Source of the DNA: an uncultured cyanobacterium
GTDB taxonomy: Bacteria; Cyanobacteriota; Cyanobacteriia; CAKZMO01
Length of the DNA: 64,000 nucleotides
Direction: 5' to 3'
Assembly (NCBI GenBank): GCA_963719515.1
Contig: CAVRCJ010000017.1
Span: forward strand, 64,001 to 128,000
The stretch's first letter is position 1, and each line of letters starts with the position of its first letter. Shown piece by piece: positions 63,515-64,000 of this stretch. The position numbers and the translations under genes were made by a program. The notes beneath the pieces are model-generated. The model was not told where the DNA came from. It was given only the letters and a program-made list of their open reading frames with translations, and did no database searches.

Positions 63515-64000
63515 TCAGAGCTGAGCTAGCGCCTCGTACAGCGGTCTCACCTGCGTCAGCAGCTTGTCGTATAAGGGCAAAATTTCTCGATACCGCTGCG
63601 CTGCCTCTCCCTCGGGTGGATGGCTTTTCGCCTCTGCCACCAGCGCCGTCCCCGCCTCTAGGCTCTCTAAGTAGCCCAGCGCATAGAGCCCCAGCAGCGC
63701 GGCCCCAAAGCAAGAACTCTCAAACGTCTCCGGAATCATAATCTCGTGGTCAAACACGTCCGCTAACATCTGCCGCCACAGCGCCGAGCGAACTAGTCCC
63801 CCCGTGGCGTGAATGCCTTTGGTTTCGCCGACCACCCCTTCAACTGCGCCTAAAATCGCGTTGAGGTTGTAGACCATGCCCTCTAAAACGGCGCGAATTA
63901 GGTGGGCCTTGGTGTGGTGGAGGGCTAGGCCGAGAAAGCTGCCTCGGGCGTTGGCGTCCCACAGCGGCGCTCGCTCCCCGGCGAGGTAAGGGTGAAAGAT
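63515..64000 (-). CDS. FGGY-family carbohydrate kinase, gluconokinase-like (3' part only)
   Basis: PYLAGERAPLWDANARG, RAVLEG, TGG..RSALWRQMLADVF and ESSCFGAA; runs off the window end. Confidence 0.85.
   Translation of the reverse strand: MFHPYLAGERAPLWDANARGSFLGLALHHTKAHLIRAVLEGMVYNLNAILGAVEGVVGETKGIHATGGLVRSALWRQMLADVFDHEIMIPETFESSCFGAALLGLYALGYLESLEAGTALVAEAKSHPPEGEAAQRYREILPLYDKLLTQVRPLYEALAQL

Noticed and set aside
1..64000. Very frequent GCGATCGC octamers
   Set aside because: This is the well-known cyanobacterial HIP1; used only as a taxonomic clue.
1..64000. Many 60-260 aa ORFs overlapping core genes; tRNA or rRNA genes
   Set aside because: The shadow ORFs are expected in GC-rich coding DNA and lack motifs. 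No tRNA or rRNA sequence was recognised.

Overview
A 64-kb chromosomal segment of a cyanobacterium. Evidence: dense HIP1 GCGATCGC octamers and the cyanobacterial gene orders clpC-rimI/lysA-cdaA-uppS and sufR/ftrC-sufBCDS. A SepJ-like gene suggests a filamentous strain. The core backbone holds a type I secretion pair, a cyanobacteriochrome kinase plus a receiver-PAS-adenylate cyclase, nth, ccsA, gcvP, murA, clpC, lysA, cdaA, uppS, dnaK, a cellulose-synthase-like GT2, dnaX and the suf operon. Two accessory patches interrupt it (about 15.8-21.8 kb and about 49-55.3 kb). Each carries an NLR-like fusion of a clan-CD protease (CHAT or caspase), a STAND ATPase and near-identical tandem repeats. Each also carries a member of the same unnamed ~90-aa protein family; the second member is missing from the ORF track. 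The most striking non-coding signal is a 383/384-bp element present twice (10149-10532 minus, 50011-50393 plus). It has IS200/IS605-type terminal hairpins, no transposase or TnpB, an internal extended -10 promoter and a ~250-nt extensively base-paired segment ending exactly at the right end. It looks like a mobile stand-alone omega/guide-RNA cassette whose guide would differ at each insertion. Other highlights: a duplicated gcvP 5' end bracketing the first island, a structured 215-nt leader, a 21/42-nt degenerate repeat array, an insert-Cys cyanobacteriochrome GAF, a possible AUU start for murA, and a hidden CHRD relic behind a perfect 28-bp palindrome. Several single-base frameshifts cluster in a few regions and may be assembly errors. 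All calls are from reading the sequence; no database searches were run.
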